From Chiloscyllium plagiosum (Eukaryota), in contig NW_025215037.1 of NCBI RefSeq assembly GCF_004010195.1, forward strand, positions 1 to 39,830: a DNA stretch of 39,830 nucleotides, given 5' to 3'. The position numbers were made by a program, and so were the translations under genes. The notes below the pieces were generated by a model that made no database searches, was not told where the DNA came from, and worked only from the letters and a program-made list of their open reading frames with translations. Below are positions 34,922 through 39,830 of the stretch, piece by piece. The number at the start of each line of letters is the position of its first letter. Position 1 is the stretch's first letter.

Positions 34922-37900
34922 CAAAGAACAAAAACAATGTACAGCCCAGGAACATTCTCTTCGGCCCTCAAAGCATGAGCCGTTCCAAAATGTATTTTCT
35001 CAACTTGCCAGTCCATTCCTAAGCATCTGTGTCCCTCTGCTCCCCACCTACTCATGCATCTGTCCAGACGCATCATAAATGAATCGACCGTGCCTGCCTC
35101 TACCACCTATGCTGGCAACGCGTAAAAAACGCCCACCACCCTCTGTGTGAAGTACTTCCCGCGTGTATCCCCCTTAAAGTCTCCACCTCTCAATTTGAAA
35201 GCGTGACCTCTCGTTATTGAATCCTTTGCCCTGAGAAAAAGCTTGTCTCTATCCACCCTGTCTACACTTTTCATGATTTTGTAAATCTCAATCAGGACCC
35301 CCATCAATCTTGCTTTATCTAGTGAAAATCAACCTAACCTACTCAACCTCTCTTCGTAGCTAGCCCCTTCCATAGCAGGAACGTCATCGTAAACCTTCTC
35401 TGCACCCTTTCCAAAGTGTCCACATCCTTTTGGTAATGTGGCGCCCAGAACTGTGCATATTATTCTAAATACAGCCGAACCATTGTCTTGTACAATTTTA
35501 ACATTACTTGCCAGCTCTTATACTCAATACCCCGTCCACTGAAGGCAAGCATACTATGTGCCTTCTTGACAACTGTATCCACTTATGAAGCAAATTTCAG
35601 GGTACAATGGACCTGCACTCCCAGATCTCTCTGCCCATCAACTTTTCCCAAGGCTTTTCCATTCATTGTATAAATCGCTCCAGAATTTGACTTGCCTAAA
35701 TGCAGCCACCTCACAATAAAGGCCAAAAGTCCATCTGCTTTCTTAATTGCTTACTGCACTTATATGCTGACGTTTTGAGTTTCAGGCACAAGGATATCCT
35801 CAACTCTTTGTGNNNNNNNNNNNNNNNNNNNNNNNNNNNNNNNNNNNNNNNNNNNNNNNNNNNNNNNNNNNNNNNNNNNNNNNNNNNNNNNNNNNNNNNN
35901 NNNNNNNNNNNNNNNNNNNNNNNNNNNNNNNNNNNNNNNNNNNNNNNNNNNNNNNNNNNNNNNNNNNNNNNNNNNNNNNNNNNNNNNNNNNNNNNNNNNN
36001 NNNNNNNNNNNNNNNNNNNNNNNNNNNNNNNNNNNNNNNNNNNNNNNNNNNNNNNNNNNNNNNNNNNNNNNNNNNNNNNNNNNNNNNNNNNNNNNNNNNN
36101 NNNNNNNNNNNNNNNNNNNNNNNNNNNNNNNNNNNNNNNNNNNNNNNNNNNNNNNNNNNNNNNNNNNNNNNNNNNNNNNNNNNNNNNNNNNNNNNNNNNN
36201 NNNNNNNNNNNNNNNNNNNNNNNNNNNNNNNNNNNNNNNNNNNNNNNNNNNNNNNNNNNNNNNNNCCAATTTCTCATTCAACCGCTAAATCACCGTCAGT
36301 CCCATGCATCTGTATCTTGTGAAATGCAGCACATGGGGAAGCGTATCAAACGCCTTGTTGAAATCCATCTACACCACAGGAACCACTTTACCCTCGTGTA
36401 CCTGTTTGGTCAGCTTCTCAAATAACTCTGTAAGATTTGTGAGGCAAAACCTACTGATCAGAAAACCATGCTGACAATCCCGATTCAACGTATTCCTTTC
36501 TAGATGATTAAGAATACTATCACTTACCTTTTCTTTCCAACACTTTACCCACAACCACAGTCAGGCTCACTGGCCGATAATTTCCAGGGTGGTCTGTACT
36601 TCCCTTCTTGAATAAGGGAACAATATTTGCTATGCTCCAGTCTTCCGGCACAATTCCATTTGACAATGATGACAGAAAAATGAAACTAATGGCTCTGCAG
36701 TCTCCTCCGTGACTTCCCAGAGAATCGTCGGATAAATCACATCTTACCAAGAGGATTAATATTTTTTCAAACTTTTACGAATTGATAAGACCTCCTCCTT
36801 TTGAACGGCAATCCTATCTCGTCTAGTGGCTTGTATCTCAGTATTCTGCTCAACAACATTGTCTTTTTCCAATTTGGAAGCCTGAGGGTTTTCCTTCACC
36901 ATATTCGGCATCACCTCCTGGCTCTTCTTAACTCTCTCGTTAGGTCTCTCTAGGCTCTCTTCGAACTCTCAAGTGCCCTAACTGAGCGTTCACGGTTCAT
37001 CCTAACATAATCCCTCTTCTTCCACTTGACAAGAGCTTCAACTTCTTTAGTAAACCACGGCTCCCTGGGTTTACAACTTCGTCCCTGGATGACTGGTGCA
37101 TAACTGTTAAGGACATGGAGTAACTGCACATCGAATATGCTTCACATTTCAATTATGCACATGCTATGCAGTTTCCTTCCCCGTCCAATGCACCCTAAAT
37201 CTTGTATCATCATTGCGTTTCCCCCAACAAAAACTCTTCACTTGCGTGATATACACATGCCTTTCCATCGCTAAAGTACACGTAACTGAATTGTAGTCAC
37301 TATCACCAAAGTCCTCACCTGCCTTCAAATCTAACACCTCTCCGGGTTCATTACTCAGTACCAAATCCAATGTGAGCTAGCCCTTTGTTGGCCTGTCTAC
37401 TTATTACATATTGTGTCAGGACAGTCTACTGCACACATTAAACAAAAAAGTGACCCGCCTGAGGTACTTGACCTATCATATTCCCAGTCAATATTTTGAG
37501 AGTTAAATTTCCTCATAAGAACTACACTGTCCCTCTCGCTCGTATCGAGAATGACCTTTGCTATCCTTTCCTCTACGTCTCTGGAACTATTTGGACGCCG
37601 ATATAAAACTTCCAGCAGGGTGACCTCTCCTTTGCTGTTTCAAACCTCAGCCCATATTGCCTCAGTACGTGAGACCTCAAACGTCATTTCTGCCACCATA
37701 ATACTGTCCTTGATTAACAATCCCACCCACCCTCTCTTTTACCATGTTCTCTGTTCTTACTGAAACATATAAATTCCAGAACCCGAAACTTCCACTCCTG
37801 CCCCTGCTCGATCCATGTCTCCAAAATGGCCCCAATATCTAAATCCAAAGTACCAACCCACTCTGAAAGTTCACCCACTTTTTCCCAAACGCTCCTAGCG

Positions 37901-38690
37901 TTGAAGTAGACACTGCAAACCAACGTCTTGCTTGTGAGTGCCCTCTTGCGACCTTGAAATATTATTTCTGACTTCATTGCACTCAATCTCCTGTATAGTG
38001 GAACTACAATTTATGTTTCCATCCCCACTGCTTCCCGAACAGCATTCACAAAATTCCCCCCGAGGATATCAGTATACCACTGTTTCAGTTAAATGCAATT
38101 CTGTTTGGAGAGGTCTCACCTACTCCCAAAATAGTCCCAATTGTCCCGGAATGCAAAATTCTCCCCGTAATTACGTGTTAAATTCCTCTCTCTCTCTATT
38201 CCTCAGCTCGCCAGCACGTGCATGGGCAACAAACCAGAGATAACAACTCTGTTTAATCCAGCTCTAAGCTTCCATTCTAACTCCATGAATTTTTGTCATA
38301 AAATCCCATCTCTCTTTCTGCCGATGTCATTGTTGTCTATGTTGACCATGACTTTTGTATGCTGCCTCTCCCCTTCAAGAAACCCGAAAACAGCTTCGGA
38401 GACATCACGAACCCTGGCACCTGTGAGGCAACACACCAACTGTGAGTCTCTTTCATTCTCACAGAACCTCCTATCTGCCGACCTAACTCTGGATTTCCCC
38501 AAAGACTAATGCTATGCCCCTCTTCCGCTCCCCTCTGAGCAACAGGGACAGAATGTGCCAAACACCTGTACTCCATTGCTTACTCCTGGTAAATCATCAC
38601 CCCAACAGTCTCTGACCAATTATGTATCATCACTTACCCAGCAGCCCCGTGTTCACTCCTGCATACAGCGTGCATGTCGCCTTTACACAG
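34922..38690 (-). mobile_element. Long CR1 LINE (ORF1 SGNH esterase, APE endonuclease, RT, 3' tail) with internal deletions, spanning the gap
   Basis: VCCLTGARVRDVS..NIDNNDIG (ORF1), YFNARSV..ETW, DLVLSNEPG..DSDYNSV, PEDWSIANIVPLFKKG..PGNYRPVSLT, FTQRVVG. Tail CAAAGAACAAA. Continuity across the gap is not verifiable. Confidence 0.88.
35813..36265. other. Assembly gap, 453 N
   Basis: Run of n. Confidence 1.
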
Positions 38691-38858
38691 TCTTTTTTTC
38701 CCAGCAGCAGTTACAGTGGGAGGAGGGATAGCGAGGACCAGGTACCTGATGGGAAGGTAAATTTTAAGTACGTTTTTGTACTTAAAATTGACCTTCCCAT
38801 CAGGTACCTGGTCCTCGCCATCCCTCCTCCCACTGTAACTGCCGCCGGAAAAAAAGAC
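38690..38858. repeat. Near-perfect ~81-bp-arm palindrome at the CR1 5' end
   Basis: Arms 38690-38771 and 38778-38858, loop GTTTTT, 4 mismatches and 1 indel. Confidence 0.95.
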
Positions 38859-38870
38859 TTTGACACACAC

Positions 38871-39830
38871 ATTTACGAACTAGACCAGACCACTCAAAAC
38901 ATTGTTACGCAGGCAGCCCAGATGATACCTTTGCAATTTGTATTGCTAAATATGCGATGAAAATACACAGAGAAAGTTCGCTCGGTTGACTACCAGGTTT
39001 TAAGCAGACAAAAAGATACGCACAAAATTACACAATTAAACAAAAAGAACAGAATAAAGAACCCCTACATAACTCAGTTTATGCAGACTAGATTAGTCGC
39101 AATAAGCAAATTCCTTTGAAAAACATAATATTTGGAACATATGTTCACAAGTGGAAGTTAGATAGGTAGAAAGAGACAGAGAGCTTCACAGCCTCTTTAC
39201 ACACAGCTGAAATCCAAACTAGTTCTGGACTGAACTGTTCAGCTAGAGAGCTGACCACTCCTCTTTCATGATGCAGGTGACTTGTGAAAGTGACCACTTT
39301 GGCCTGAAGTCTCACCTGTTTACATATAACGAAAAACGGCGCGCAATACGCATCCTCTCTTTACAAAACCAGTCTAATTAGCAACAAAAGACGTTTACGA
39401 CTCCTCTGAAAGAAAAACAAAGACAGAGTATCCTTGAGAAAAGGAACATTTTTTTAGAAATACGGGACCAGCTTAGTTACACCTCCCCGCATATAATGAA
39501 CCATCAATACCAAAACAGTGCTTTATTTGTATAAGAAAAAGCTTCAAAAGAAACTTAGTCTTCTAAAACACACATATACACTATCTAAACTATAGACATT
39601 CATGCAAAACCACATGTGAGTTTTAGCTGTGGCATATCCACGACAAAACGCATCTGTATCTTATTCAAGTCTCGATAATGAATCGGCAATCAAGTTTTTA
39701 CAACCTGTCACATGCACAATTATCCATGTAAATACTACACACTTCCCGACACACTTTCCGACATCCACCTGCAAATAGCAACACCCTCTCACAACCGTTT
39801 CCCCCCCCCCCCCCCCCGTGATTACCTACA
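38871..39830 (-). mobile_element. 3' LTR (38871-39481, family B), PPT and 3' internal sequence of another Gypsy element running off the window
   Basis: ACTAGACCAGACCACTCA, CACAAAATTACACAA and TGACCACTTT.GCCTGAA are shared with 31593-32191. Ends GTTACA at 39481, followed by CCTCCCC (PPT on minus). Confidence 0.75.

Noticed and set aside
35700..36425. Long ORFs of 170-241 aa
   Set aside because: Artefacts of translating the N gap.

Overview
Repeat-dense vertebrate genomic DNA, most likely from a shark (inferred from HE1/V-SINE copies, CR1 LINE and Penelope repeat families, and a GPR139/142-like receptor of the kind expanded in cartilaginous fish). No intact protein-coding gene is visible. The only host-gene material is two pieces of class-A GPCR genes facing each other: a decayed first coding exon on + (~5861-6030, ending ILTIVGLP-G|GTAAGT) and a near-intact large second exon on - (29225-28315, TM1-end to TM7) broken by one in-frame TGA. 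The rest is nested transposons (Gmr1-like Gypsy elements with SCAN-like gag and two LTR families, CR1 LINEs, HE1 SINEs, Penelope fragments), three minisatellites (69-, 37- and 38-bp units, the last ~5.8 kb), several inverted and direct duplications, and a 453-nt assembly gap. The best non-obvious signal is a set of short Penelope-derived insertions, two of them TSD-flanked fold-backs, that carry minimal hammerhead ribozyme motifs with palindromic stem III. All family assignments come from motif recognition by eye, not database searches, and many boundaries are approximate.
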